This document shows positions 10,240 through 19,959 of a stretch of DNA of 64,000 bases, piece after piece. This DNA comes from an uncultured Gemmatimonadales bacterium. Lineage in GTDB: Bacteria > Gemmatimonadota > Gemmatimonadetes > Gemmatimonadales > Gemmatimonadaceae. Under the pieces are notes generated by a model. That model ran no database searches, was not told the origin of the DNA, and saw nothing but the letters and a program-made list of their open reading frames with translations. The stretch is taken from positions 3,488,001 to 3,552,000 of the forward strand of contig CAWKMU010000003.1 of the NCBI GenBank assembly GCA_963850905.1, read 5' to 3'. Position 1 is the first letter of the stretch. Every line of letters starts with the position of its first letter. The translations under genes and the position numbers were made by a program.

Positions 10240-11196
10240 ATGAGCGCACTCGCGCCACTGTTTGTCGAGCCTGCCGACGCGTCGTCGCGGATTGACGATG
10301 CGATCGGTCACACACCGATGGTGCGCCTCCGGCACATCGTCGAGCCTCAGATGGGCGAAATCTGGGTCAAACTCGAAGGCCTGAATCCAGGTGGATCGAT
10401 CAAGGACCGGACGGCGCTCGGAATGATTCTCGACGCCGAAGCACGCGGCGTACTGAGGCCCGGCGGGTTGATCGTCGAGCCCACCTCAGGCAATACCGGT
10501 ATTGGTCTGGCGCAAGTCGCGGCGGCGCGGGGCTATCGGTTGATTCTCTGCATGCCGTCGTCGATGAGCGACGAGCGGAAGCGCACGGTGCGGGCCTACG
10601 GCGCCGAGATCGTGCTCACCGATCCCGAGCGGCGCATGCTGGCGGCGATCGAAGAGGCAGAGAGAATTCGCGACGCGACGGGCGCGTGGATGCCCAACCA
10701 GTTCGGCAATCCCGCAAATCCGCGTATTCATTACGAGACCACGGCGCCGGAACTATGGACGCAGATGAACGGCCGCGTTGACGCATTCGTCTATGGTTCC
10801 GGCACCGGCGGGACGATAAGCGGGGTTGGACGGTACCTAAAGGAACGGCGGCCCGACACCCTCGTGGTCGCCGTCGAGCCGGCACGGTCACCCGTGCTCT
10901 CGGGCGGCGTACGTGGCCAGCACCAGTTTCAGGGTATGGGGCCGGGATTCGTGCCGGACAACTTCGACCGCTCGGTGGTCGATCGAATTATGCCGGCGTG
11001 GGAGGAGGACGCCTTCCCAGTCGCTCGGCGGCTCGCGAAAGAGGAGGGGCTCTTCGTCGGGATGTCGAGCGGCGCCATCGTCTGGGCTGCCCTCGATGTC
11101 GCCCGGGAACTGGGCCCAGATGCCCGCGTGGCGTGCATCGCACCCGACAGTGGCGCCCGCTACCTGACGACGGCGCTATACGAGAACGAGGGCTAA
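10240..11196 (+). CDS. cysK: Cysteine synthase A
   Basis: KLEGLNPGGSIKDR (PLP Lys), EPTSGNTG, GTGGT, PDSGARY. Confidence 0.93.
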   Translation: MSALAPLFVEPADASSRIDDAIGHTPMVRLRHIVEPQMGEIWVKLEGLNPGGSIKDRTALGMILDAEARGVLRPGGLIVEPTSGNTGIGLAQVAAARGYRLILCMPSSMSDERKRTVRAYGAEIVLTDPERRMLAAIEEAERIRDATGAWMPNQFGNPANPRIHYETTAPELWTQMNGRVDAFVYGSGTGGTISGVGRYLKERRPDTLVVAVEPARSPVLSGGVRGQHQFQGMGPGFVPDNFDRSVVDRIMPAWEEDAFPVARRLAKEEGLFVGMSSGAIVWAALDVARELGPDARVACIAPDSGARYLTTALYENEG

Positions 11197-11373
11197 CGCC
11201 TCGAGTGCGTCCGGCTAGCGAAAGACACCTATGATGTTTCCGGCCCTATTTGCGCCCTACAGCGCTTTTCAAGTGGATGCACCACCGCGCCTCATGATGA
11301 TGGGAAGTCTGTTTAGCGGACGTCGTGGTGTCGGCGGCGAAGCAGGTCTTGCGCGTCCTCATCGGTGGGCCCA

Positions 11374-11463
11374 TATGAAATGGAGGGCGACACGTTGTCG
11401 TGGAAGGTCGCTCGTCGCCCCGACGGCTCCGTCCCGATCACCATCCTGCGACGGACCGGATAG
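11374..11463 (+). pseudogene. Possible C-terminal remnant of a lipocalin-like gene
   Basis: Reads YEMEGDTLSWKVARRPDGSVPITILRRTG*, which resembles lipocalin-like C-termini; no intact upstream frame. Confidence 0.25.
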
Positions 11464-11546
11464 GGGAGACTTAAGTCCGCGCCGAAATCGTTCCCGCCCC
11501 ACACGCTCTTACCCTGGCAGCCTGTCTGCCGCCGTCGGAGGAATGC

Positions 11547-12014
11547 ATGCGTACCCGCACCTGGATCGGAAGCTCGCTCATTGTTCTCCTGCCGCTCCTC
11601 GTGGCATCGGCTTCGCTCGGCGCCCAGGAGCGTCGCACCTTCAACCCGCCGGGCGAACCCACTAACCTGCCGTTCACCCCCGGTATCCAGGTGGGTGACA
11701 TGCTGTTCATCGCGGGGCACGAGGGAACGCCTCTGACGGGCGACATCGAGTCGGAGACGAGGCAGGCACTCGCTGCGATCAAGAAAGTCCTCGACGCCGC
11801 GGGATTCAAGGTGACCAATGTCGTGCAGGTGACCGTGTACCTCAAGGACATCGCAGACTTCCCGAAGATGAATGGCGTGTACCGGGAGTTCTTCCCCGAC
11901 CCCAAGCCGACGCGGACGACCGTGCAGGTGGCGGCGTTGTTCAACAATGCACGGGTCGAGATCACTTCCGTCGCGGTCCGGAGTCACACCCCGGCGGGCG
12001 GCTCGGCTCACTAG
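11547..12014 (+). CDS. RidA/YjgF family protein with N-terminal signal peptide
   Basis: LFIAG, VVQVTVYLKD, MNGVYREFF..PTRTTV (catalytic Arg) and RVEI; hydrophobic leader ending LGAQ. Confidence 0.88.
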   Translation: MRTRTWIGSSLIVLLPLLVASASLGAQERRTFNPPGEPTNLPFTPGIQVGDMLFIAGHEGTPLTGDIESETRQALAAIKKVLDAAGFKVTNVVQVTVYLKDIADFPKMNGVYREFFPDPKPTRTTVQVAALFNNARVEITSVAVRSHTPAGGSAH

Positions 12015-12217
12015 CCGACGCGTCCGGTTGTCGCGGCACGTGTGGCGGGGAATGCCTCCTTTCCCAGCTGTGCAGCCGCCTGACGGACATCCGGCCGAAT
12101 GCACGCTTCCAGTCGCGGGGCGGGGCCCTCCTGTCAGTGCCGCGTCAGGCGTGAGCGGCCCAGAAACCAAAACAGGATGTAGGCCAGAAATGGATCGGAG
12201 CTGTAGCAGGTAATGGC

Positions 12218-14530
12218 TCATTCGGCGGCGGGGACGGGCTGCGCCGCAGCGTGGCGAGCTGGTGCAGCCGCGCGCAGCGAGATCCAGGAAGCAAGGTAGG
12301 AAGCACCGGCCACGATCAGCAGCGACCGAATCCCCGTCCACATCGAGAGCGATTCGAGCAGGCCGCCGACCAGTGCCCCTAACAAATTCGAGCCGAGCGC
12401 AGTCCCGCTGAACTGCGCCCGGGCAAAACTCTTGATGAACACGATCCCCGCAAAAAATACCGGCAGACACAGGACCGCCGTAGCGCTGAGCGCCTTGAGC
12501 CACACGGACGCGAAGAGGAAACGCTCGACGGGGATCAGATAGGCCACCAGCATGGTTGCCGCAATTCCGGCATATGCAATCTCGACGGGGAAGGCCGGCC
12601 TCCGTTCCGCAAGCAGGTTGGCGCCCACGATCAGGAGCAGTAATCCAGAAATCACGATCGAGTTGACGACCCACGTTGTCCCAAACAAGAGCGCCATCTT
12701 GCTGATGATCTGGGCCTCGAGCAGCATGAACCCCGCGCCGAGGAAGAAGAAGTGCCATCGCAGCGAGGTGACGGACACTCCCGTGCCGCGGAGGAACCAA
12801 CAACCGGTGATGAGTAGCAAGGCGGAGATGAGGACGACCGACGCCGGTACGCCCGGCAGGCGCTGATAGAAGTAGGGCCAGTCGTCCGTCGTCACAGGCA
12901 CGACCGCTGTTTCGACATCATGGTGCGTCTTGTAGTACCCGGCCAGCGCCGGGTCCGCCAGCGCTCCCCTAATCCGTTCATCCGAGCCAGCAATGAAGAA
13001 CCGCCCCGCTGTCGTGTAGCCGGTTTTGTCGGACGTGATCTGTAGTGGTCCGGAGCCGAACACATCTGTCAACAGTTCCGCGAGCCGGCCGCCAATAAAG
13101 GGCGTAGTCACTGCAAACTTGACGATGAACAGCCCGTCTGGTTTGAGCAGGCGGCGGGTAGCCCGCATCGCCTCGAGCGTGTAGACGTAGTTGTCGATGC
13201 GGATATTGGAGTAGCTGGAGCTGGTCGTGTGCGAATCGAGCAGCGAGAACACGATCAGGTCGAAATGATCGTTGGCGTTCTGCACGTAGCTCCGCGCATC
13301 GTTGACCACGACATGGACCTTGGGCGAGCTATAGGGCTTCTCGAAGTGCAGCTCGCGACCGAGCTCGAGAATGAGCGGGTCGATCTCGACGGCGACAACC
13401 CGCTCGGCGCCGTGGCGGAGGGCCGCGGCGACGTCGTTCCCCATGCCCGCGCCGAGCACGAGGACTGCCGGCGGCTGCGCGTAGAAATGATACGGCAGGT
13501 TGTACCCTTCCCAATGCGCCGTGCCGGTGCGGAACAGTTCCGGGTGACTCGCCACGAAAGGCGGCGACAAATTGATGATGTGTTGATACCACGTACCGTT
13601 GGTATTGAGTTCGTACGCGAGCAATTCGCCGGTGCCCCCTTGCCTCTCCGGTGTCAGGGTGAGTTCCTGGTAGGGTGACCAATAGGTGGTGCCGCCACCG
13701 CCTGAGGGGAGCGACCCAAGCGCCGCGCACAGTCCGAACGATACGGCACCCGTCCAGCGCGCCGTCGGGTTTCGCCACAGCAGCGCAACCAACATCACGC
13801 CTGCCACGATGAGCCAGGACGCCGGAGGCTGATCGAGAAAACAGAGGAGGGTGTAGAGGCCGATCCCCGCCAGGCTCCCAAGGATGTTTACCGAGTAGCC
13901 CCAGATGCCGCGGTCCGTGTTCTCGAGATACCACCCGACGAGCTGGCCCAGCGGGATGAAGATGAATGCGATGAGCGCGAACAGGGCCACGGTGATAGCC
14001 GCAGCGGCCGCCATGAGGCCCACGGAAGCCCAGCTGAGTCCCATGCGTGGCATGTCCCACATCGCGACGTCCGAGAACGCGCCGATAAAGTTTGGAAGAC
14101 GAGTGATCAGGGATCGCAACGCGTAAGAAGGCCAGTCGATGATCGCGGCGACCGCGACCAGCGGAGTGAGAAGCGCCAGGAGGTTCGCGCGGCGCCGGCA
14201 CAGATAGCAGCCCACGCCGAAGCCGAGAAAGCAGGCGACCAGGACAAAGTTCTTGAAGTACGCGAATATGCGAACCTCTGATGACACCCAGCGGATCATC
14301 AGGAGTTCGAGGAACAATGTCAGAGCGCTAACCAGGGTCAACTTGCCGTATGTGAAACCTCCCAGGCTTTGCGGTGAGAAATCCCAGCGCGCAATCAGTT
14401 TTCGCCATTTGCCTCCAGTGTCGGGACTTTGTCGCACGGCGTAGAAACGAAGCAAGACAATGTTGAGAACCACCAGGGCGACAAACACCCAGAGGAGAAA
14501 CGGCATTTGGCCCATCATGTCTACGCCCAC
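12218..14530 (-). CDS. Multi-TM spermidine-synthase-like SAM-dependent transferase
   Basis: LFLELLMIRW N-terminal TMs, LVLGAGMGNDV, AVEIDP, NDARSY, TDDWPYFY and FFLGAGFMLLE C-terminal TMs. Confidence 0.85.
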   Translation of the reverse strand: MGVDMMGQMPFLLWVFVALVVLNIVLLRFYAVRQSPDTGGKWRKLIARWDFSPQSLGGFTYGKLTLVSALTLFLELLMIRWVSSEVRIFAYFKNFVLVACFLGFGVGCYLCRRRANLLALLTPLVAVAAIIDWPSYALRSLITRLPNFIGAFSDVAMWDMPRMGLSWASVGLMAAAAAITVALFALIAFIFIPLGQLVGWYLENTDRGIWGYSVNILGSLAGIGLYTLLCFLDQPPASWLIVAGVMLVALLWRNPTARWTGAVSFGLCAALGSLPSGGGGTTYWSPYQELTLTPERQGGTGELLAYELNTNGTWYQHIINLSPPFVASHPELFRTGTAHWEGYNLPYHFYAQPPAVLVLGAGMGNDVAAALRHGAERVVAVEIDPLILELGRELHFEKPYSSPKVHVVVNDARSYVQNANDHFDLIVFSLLDSHTTSSSYSNIRIDNYVYTLEAMRATRRLLKPDGLFIVKFAVTTPFIGGRLAELLTDVFGSGPLQITSDKTGYTTAGRFFIAGSDERIRGALADPALAGYYKTHHDVETAVVPVTTDDWPYFYQRLPGVPASVVLISALLLITGCWFLRGTGVSVTSLRWHFFFLGAGFMLLEAQIISKMALLFGTTWVVNSIVISGLLLLIVGANLLAERRPAFPVEIAYAGIAATMLVAYLIPVERFLFASVWLKALSATAVLCLPVFFAGIVFIKSFARAQFSGTALGSNLLGALVGGLLESLSMWTGIRSLLIVAGASYLASWISLRAAAPARHAAAQPVPAAE

Positions 14531-14699
14531 CTCGTGCTGCGGCTCGGCCTGCGACCACGGCAGCTGTTATAGGTCATCAGCAGTTGGGATGTCGCTGAGG
14601 AGCCAAGGACCGCACTGGGCCTTGCCTCGATGCGATTGTGAGACCACCAGTGCGACGCCAGAATGTAGTCCATGCCTGTCTAGGCGCGATCTGGTCCAA

Positions 14700-14926
14700 G
14701 ATACGCTTGGGACAGCCGCACGGAGTTCGCGTGCCGGTCACAGGCGCCGGCCAAGGCCCTGTTGAGGCGGTCGATCAAGTTGGTCACGGACGCGCTCCAG
14801 CGCGGAGTGAGGCCCATGGGATTTGCGACGCAAATCGGGCACGGAAACGCGACGCTGGTGCTGAAGACGTACGGTCGCTTACTGCTGGATGAAGCGGACT
14901 TGAAGCAGGCGCGCGTGGTGGCGTAG
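14700..14926 (+). pseudogene. Tyrosine recombinase C-terminal remnant
   Basis: Frame ending at TAG 14924-14926 reads ...VTDALQRGVRPMGFATQIGHGNATLVLKTYGR..., i.e. LGH-like box plus catalytic Tyr; HxxR and the N-terminus are lost. Confidence 0.65.
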
Positions 14927-14947
14927 TACACAGTAGCTGAGATCGGA

Positions 14948-15190
14948 TCAGTCGTTGTCTCCGAACGGCCACTGGTCTGATTTCCGCAACAGCGCCATCG
15001 CAAGGAGGCACAAGCCAAAAGCTCCAACGCCGACGTGCAACCATGCAGAGAGCTGGCGGTCCGCTTCGCCGGACCCCGCGAATATGAGCGCCAGGACAAT
15101 GAGACCGACGAACGCTCGACGACGGAGGCCAGGACTAAAGAATGGCCGGCTCACAAGAATCACCGGCTCACAGCGCGTTGTCGCCTCTCG
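14948..15190 (-). CDS. Possible small two-TM protein abutting the IS end
   Basis: Two hydrophobic segments; the 5' region runs into the IS left end. Confidence 0.25.
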   Translation of the reverse strand, partial: REATTRCEPVILVSRPFFSPGLRRRAFVGLIVLALIFAGSGEADRQLSAWLHVGVGAFGLCLLAMALLRKSDQWPFGDND

Positions 15191-17239
15191 CATTGCCTCA
15201 TGAAAACCGTTACTGACAAGGTCCGTTGCCTGACCTGACTTGTTACCGGTGAGGCACCTGCACCATGATGCCCTCACGACAGGGAGGCATCATGAAGCGA
15301 AGCATGACACGTGCGACTCGTGCAGAGCTCACCGACGCCATTCGAGGGCGCTACCGGGGCGCTGCCGGTTCGGCGAAGCGCCGGATCCTCGAGGAGTTCA
15401 TAGCGGCCACCGGCTACCACGAGAAGTCTGCGATCCGCGTCCTCAACAGCGTTCCTGTAGCGATAGTCCGCCAGCGACGGCAGCGTCCGTCACTGTACGA
15501 TGAAGCCGTACGCGCGGCCATCATTGTGCTGTGGGAGGCTTCGGATCGGGTATGCGGCAAGCGGCTGAGAGCGCTGCTCCCGATCCTCCTCCCGGCTTTG
15601 GAGCGCCATGGGCATCTGAGGCTTGATGAGGAAATACGGCCGAAGATCCTGGCGATGAGCGCCTCGACAATCGACCGCTTGTTGCGGGTGGCGAGGCAGG
15701 CCACTCGGACCAGGCAGATCGCGCGCGTCGTACCCGAATCGCGGCGGCGCATCAAGATGCGCACCTTTGCCGATTGGAATGAGCCTGCGCCTGGCAGCAT
15801 GGAGATGGACTTGGTGGCTCACTGTGGAGAGGTCAACCGCGGCAGCTATGTCCACAGCTTGGTTCTGACCGATATCGCGAGCGGATGGACGGAAGCGGCG
15901 CCGATCGTGGTCCGAGAGGGCAGCTTGGTCGTCGAGACCCTCGAGCGGATCCGGGCCGGCCTGCCCTTCGCTCTGCGCGCGTTGGACGTGGACAATGGCA
16001 GTGAGTTCGTGAATGACCGGCTCATCGAGTATTGCCTGAGCCATGGCATCGAACTCACCCGCTCGCGGCCCTACCGCAAGAACGATCAGGCGTGGATCGA
16101 GCAGAAGAACGGCGCCATTGTGCGCAAGCTCGTGGGCTATCGGCGCTTCGAAGGTCTCGCCGCTGCCCGAGCGATCACGCGCCTGTACGCGGCATCCAGG
16201 CTGTTCGTGAACTTCTTCCAGCCCTCGTTCAAACTGGCGGCGAAGGAGCGGGACGGCGCGAAAGTGACCAAGCGCTATCATGCCCCCCAGACTCCTTGCG
16301 AGCGACTACTGCAGGCGGAAAGCATCCCGACGCTTGCCAAGGACAAGCTGCGTGAGATTGTCGCGGCGCTGGATCCCTTGAAGCTCCTCGAGGAAATGCG
16401 GGCCGTCCAGGCCTACCTGGCGGCGCTGGCGGATGGTGAGGCGCCGCCGCAAATGACCTCGGAGCCGCCTAATCTCGCCGCGTTCGTGGCCAGCTTGTCC
16501 AGTGCCTGGCACGCCGGTGAGATCCGTCCGACGTTTTCCAGCGAGGCCAAACCGCGATACCTGCGCGGCTTGCAGAAGATCTCGTCGCCGCGCCCGACCG
16601 CGAACCCCGTCATGACCTGCAATCCGGTGACTGTGGACATTACCGCCATTGCTGCGAAGCCGCAGGAGAGACCACGGGCGATCTACGCTGAGCGTGGCCG
16701 CGCCCGTGTCCAGGCGCTACGTATGGTGTGGCCAATCGTGTACCGCCGACTGGAAGGATTGCCAAACATCAACGCCATGCAGCTCTTCGAGGAACTCTGT
16801 ATCCAGTTCCCCGGTCGATTTAGCCGCGCACAGTACAGAGCGCTGCTTCGTCGCATCAATCTGTGGCGCCGAGATGCGCGGGCACGCGGCGTTATCATCG
16901 GTCCGAAAACCTACCGACGGCTCAGCGACAAGCCGCGAGGTCGCCGTCCTCAAGTCTTCAGCGCAGACTGGGCGGAGATGGCGCAATGTCTAGAGGAGAA
17001 TCCCGATCAGACCGCGCTGGAGCTGCTCATCGAATTCCAAGCCCGCTATCCAGGACGCTATAGCCTACAGCAACTCAACACGTTGCAGAAACGAGTGCGA
17101 GCGTGGCGACAACACGCTGTTGAGCGGCTGATAGCTGGAGAAGGCGGCCTCACATCGTACGCTTTCCAGAACTGCTATCGGTCCCCAACGGGTAACCTCG
17201 TCAATGACGCATCGGGTAACACAATTACGTGAGGCAACA
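15191..17239 (+). mobile_element. IS with rve/DDE transposase (ISNCY-like; family uncertain)
   Basis: Terminal TTGCCTCA (15193) / TGAGGCAA (17230-17237); each end has two copies of TTGCCTCA-like-N8/9-GTTAC. Confidence 0.75.
15292..17232 (+). CDS. DDE integrase-core transposase
   Basis: EMDLVAHCG, TDIASGW, DVDNGSEF, SRPYRKNDQAWIEQKN; GGAGG RBS before ATG 15292. Confidence 0.9.
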   Translation: MKRSMTRATRAELTDAIRGRYRGAAGSAKRRILEEFIAATGYHEKSAIRVLNSVPVAIVRQRRQRPSLYDEAVRAAIIVLWEASDRVCGKRLRALLPILLPALERHGHLRLDEEIRPKILAMSASTIDRLLRVARQATRTRQIARVVPESRRRIKMRTFADWNEPAPGSMEMDLVAHCGEVNRGSYVHSLVLTDIASGWTEAAPIVVREGSLVVETLERIRAGLPFALRALDVDNGSEFVNDRLIEYCLSHGIELTRSRPYRKNDQAWIEQKNGAIVRKLVGYRRFEGLAAARAITRLYAASRLFVNFFQPSFKLAAKERDGAKVTKRYHAPQTPCERLLQAESIPTLAKDKLREIVAALDPLKLLEEMRAVQAYLAALADGEAPPQMTSEPPNLAAFVASLSSAWHAGEIRPTFSSEAKPRYLRGLQKISSPRPTANPVMTCNPVTVDITAIAAKPQERPRAIYAERGRARVQALRMVWPIVYRRLEGLPNINAMQLFEELCIQFPGRFSRAQYRALLRRINLWRRDARARGVIIGPKTYRRLSDKPRGRRPQVFSADWAEMAQCLEENPDQTALELLIEFQARYPGRYSLQQLNTLQKRVRAWRQHAVERLIAGEGGLTSYAFQNCYRSPTGNLVNDASGNTIT

Positions 17240-17240
17240 C

Positions 17241-19003
17241 GCAGTTTTGGTGATGGCATCGGGCCAAGATAGATTCTGCGGGCGGTGCTTGGCCACGAGG
17301 CTTCCGTGGATGTTGCCCCGACGCTGCCCGCGCCGGCCGAACTTCGGCTGTGCTATCTCGCTGTCAATGCCACGACGCTAACGGTCGCCGCCGCGACGCG
17401 TCGCGGATCGGGACGGTGTCCCCGGTGTGGGACCGCGACCCGCCGCATCCATAGCCACTACACGCGGAGGCTCGCCGACCTCCCGTGGCATGGCATGGCG
17501 GTCCGGCTCATCGTCACGACGCGCCGGTTCTTTTGCGATCACCCGGGGTGCCCGCGCCGCATCTTCACAGAGCGGCTCCCCCGGACCGCTGCACCGTCGG
17601 CGCGTCGGACCGCGCGACTAGCAGCGACCTTAGATGCGATCGGGCTGGCGTTGGGCGGCGCGGCCGGGGCCCGTCTCGCAGAGATGCTGGGCATGAGCGT
17701 GAGTGGTGACACGGTCCGCCGACTTATGCTCGCCTCGCCCACCTACCCGGCAGCATGCCGTGGGCCTCGCGTGCTGGGCGTGGATGACTGGGCGTGGCGC
17801 CGCGGTCAGTCATATGGCACACTCCTCATCGATCTCGAACAGCGACGCGTGATCGATCTCTTGCCCGACCGAACGCCCGGGACTTTTGCGGCCTGGCTTC
17901 GCGCCCACCCTGGCGTTGAGATCATCAGCCGGGACCGCGGAGGCGCGTACGCGGAAGCAGGGCGCGTTGCAGCGCCTGAAGCCATTCAGGTCGCCGATCG
18001 CTTTCATCTGTTGCGGAATCTCACTGATGCAGTTGACCGAGCAGTTGTGCGTCATGCCGGAGTGGTAGAGGACGTCGCGGCCGTGGACAGTGCGGTACTG
18101 CCGCGCTCACGACTGGCAGTGCGTCGCCGGCGCATCTCGGGGCTGCCGCACAATGGCGGCGGACCGACATTGGCGGAGCAACGTAGCGCCGAACGCCGTA
18201 CCAGGCGACTCGCCCGCTACAACGCGGTTGTCGAACAACGGAAGGCCGGCGCCACGGTAAGTGCGATTGCGCGGCAGACACGGCTTAATCGACGGACCGT
18301 CATGCGCTGGCTCGCGGCCGAGCAGTTTCCCGAGCGGCGTCCGCGTCGCATCCGGGCACGACGCCAGCTGGACCCATATGCCAATGTCATCCTCGCGCGC
18401 TACGACGCCGGCCTCGAGAACGCGAGCCAGCTGGCCCGCGAGCTGCGCGGACTCGGCTACGCTGGCACCAATGCCTCGGTGCGCCGCTACCTGATGGATC
18501 TACGCCAACACCGGCCGCGGAACCTCGCATCGACAGGGCCGGTCCGTGGTCCACCGCGCTACACGGTGCGGCAAACGACCTGGCTGCTCACCCGGCCGGA
18601 CGACGCCTGCACTGCTGACGAACAGGTGTATGTCGATCGGCTTGTAGCCGCCTGCCCGGCGCTGGGGGAAGCCCGTCGCTTAGCGCTTGCTCTTCGGCTG
18701 ATGCTGAAGACTCACGACGGTGCTGCGCTCTCCACCTGGCTCGCACAGGCTCGACAGACGGAACTCCGCGTGTTTGCCCATGGCATCGCTCGCGATCAAG
18801 ATGCTGTCTTAGCAGCCATATTGTTTCAATGGAGCAATGGGCCTGTTGAGGGGCACGTCCACCGACTCAAGTTGATCAAACGTTCAATGTACGGCCGCGC
18901 AGGCTTCGCCCTGCTGCGCCAACGCGTACTGCGCGCGGCCTGATTCATCGGACTGACAGCTTCGTCCTCGACAGGGACTCATCATCAAAACTGCCGAAGA
19001 TCC
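17241..19003 (+). mobile_element. ISL3 family element with truncated left IR
   Basis: The right IR 18980-19003 (revcomp GGATCTTCGGCAGTTTTGATGATG) matches only GCAGTTTTGGTGATG at 17241-17255. Confidence 0.85.
17306..18943 (+). CDS. ISL3 family transposase
   Basis: CPRCG zinc finger, LGVDDWA, ISRDRGGAY, QVADRFHL, SNGPVEG...KRSMYGRAGF. Confidence 0.93.
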   Translation: MDVAPTLPAPAELRLCYLAVNATTLTVAAATRRGSGRCPRCGTATRRIHSHYTRRLADLPWHGMAVRLIVTTRRFFCDHPGCPRRIFTERLPRTAAPSARRTARLAATLDAIGLALGGAAGARLAEMLGMSVSGDTVRRLMLASPTYPAACRGPRVLGVDDWAWRRGQSYGTLLIDLEQRRVIDLLPDRTPGTFAAWLRAHPGVEIISRDRGGAYAEAGRVAAPEAIQVADRFHLLRNLTDAVDRAVVRHAGVVEDVAAVDSAVLPRSRLAVRRRRISGLPHNGGGPTLAEQRSAERRTRRLARYNAVVEQRKAGATVSAIARQTRLNRRTVMRWLAAEQFPERRPRRIRARRQLDPYANVILARYDAGLENASQLARELRGLGYAGTNASVRRYLMDLRQHRPRNLASTGPVRGPPRYTVRQTTWLLTRPDDACTADEQVYVDRLVAACPALGEARRLALALRLMLKTHDGAALSTWLAQARQTELRVFAHGIARDQDAVLAAILFQWSNGPVEGHVHRLKLIKRSMYGRAGFALLRQRVLRAA

Positions 19004-19140
19004 CAATTTCAACCGTTGTTGACCTCGCCATCCCGGCGTCTCGTCAAGGTTCGCTCGCGGGAGTTTGCGACTTGTCTCCATTTTGGCCACCACACCTTGG
19101 CGGCTCGGTCAGCTCCGAACGTGCAAGCTGTTGCGGTACA

Positions 19141-19197
19141 ATGCCGAGGGCGAGACTCGAACTCGCAAGGGAGTTGCCTCCCGGGGGATTTTGAGTC
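19141..19197 (-). repeat. att site: duplicated 3' part of tRNA-Leu
   Basis: 57 bp identical to 27547-27603, extending from the 3' end through the anticodon loop. Confidence 0.95.
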
Positions 19198-19278
19198 GTA
19201 CGGGCGCCCGGGGCAAGATCGTTGACTTGGAATAGAGGGGCATAACCCGGCATCACCCGGCATCGGGTAGCAGGTATC

Positions 19279-19299
19279 TGGTCATACTATTGGTCATAC
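19279..19299 (+). repeat. Paired TGGTCATAC direct repeats (putative integrase arm sites)
   Basis: Copies at 19279 and 19291, 12-bp period; the same arrangement recurs at 27487/27499. Confidence 0.8.
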
Positions 19300-19959
19300 A
19301 ACAGCCGCGCGGAGAACTAGCAACGACCGCCGTTCACGAGTCCAGAATCAATCACGAGCGGGTTTGCATGTAGTAGTGGACCGCCGATCGCTGGCATCCA
19401 CAGGAACCGCGTTAGTCGCGTGGACTGGGGGGCTAACCACCCATCCCAGAGCGCAGGAAAGGCGGCATTCCCGGCGTTTCTCGGCGGAGTGACACAACCA
19501 GCGACACCAGCCCTGCTAGCCCAGCCACGGTCTGGCAGTAGCTTTGCGCTTCACAGAACCGCGTTCCCTTAACCCAAGGGCCATGTCCTCGGGTCGTGTG
19601 GTGCCGGCTCCCGCGGGAGCGAGGCCGGGCCAACGAACTCGTTGGGCCCACGTACGGATCACTTGGCCGCGTCTGCGAACTGGTAGACACGCATCGGGCC
19701 GTGCACCGGCTTGAAATAGCGGACCGTTGCTCGGCGATCGCTTGATACGCGCGACCCCCGATATGGCTGGCCATTCCGGGCGATGGACTCGCCTGACGAA
19801 CACAGGCATGGTGGCGGACTAGTCCGCACGCTAGCTTCTCGGGCACCGTCACCCCGGGTCCGCGAGCCCTCCTGACGGCGCCGCGCCTCCGATTTCACGT
19901 TGCTCGCGGGTTTCCCCTATGTCGCGCGGCCGCACACTGCCCGCAAGGGGGCTAACAAG

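Noticed and set aside
19141..19197. Second tRNA-Leu gene
   Set aside because: It lacks the 5' acceptor strand and D-arm; it is an att duplication.
19300..19950. Small ORFs or ncRNA inside the island's left end
   Set aside because: Only short interrupted frames and GC-rich hairpins; possibly a decayed gene, but not supportable.
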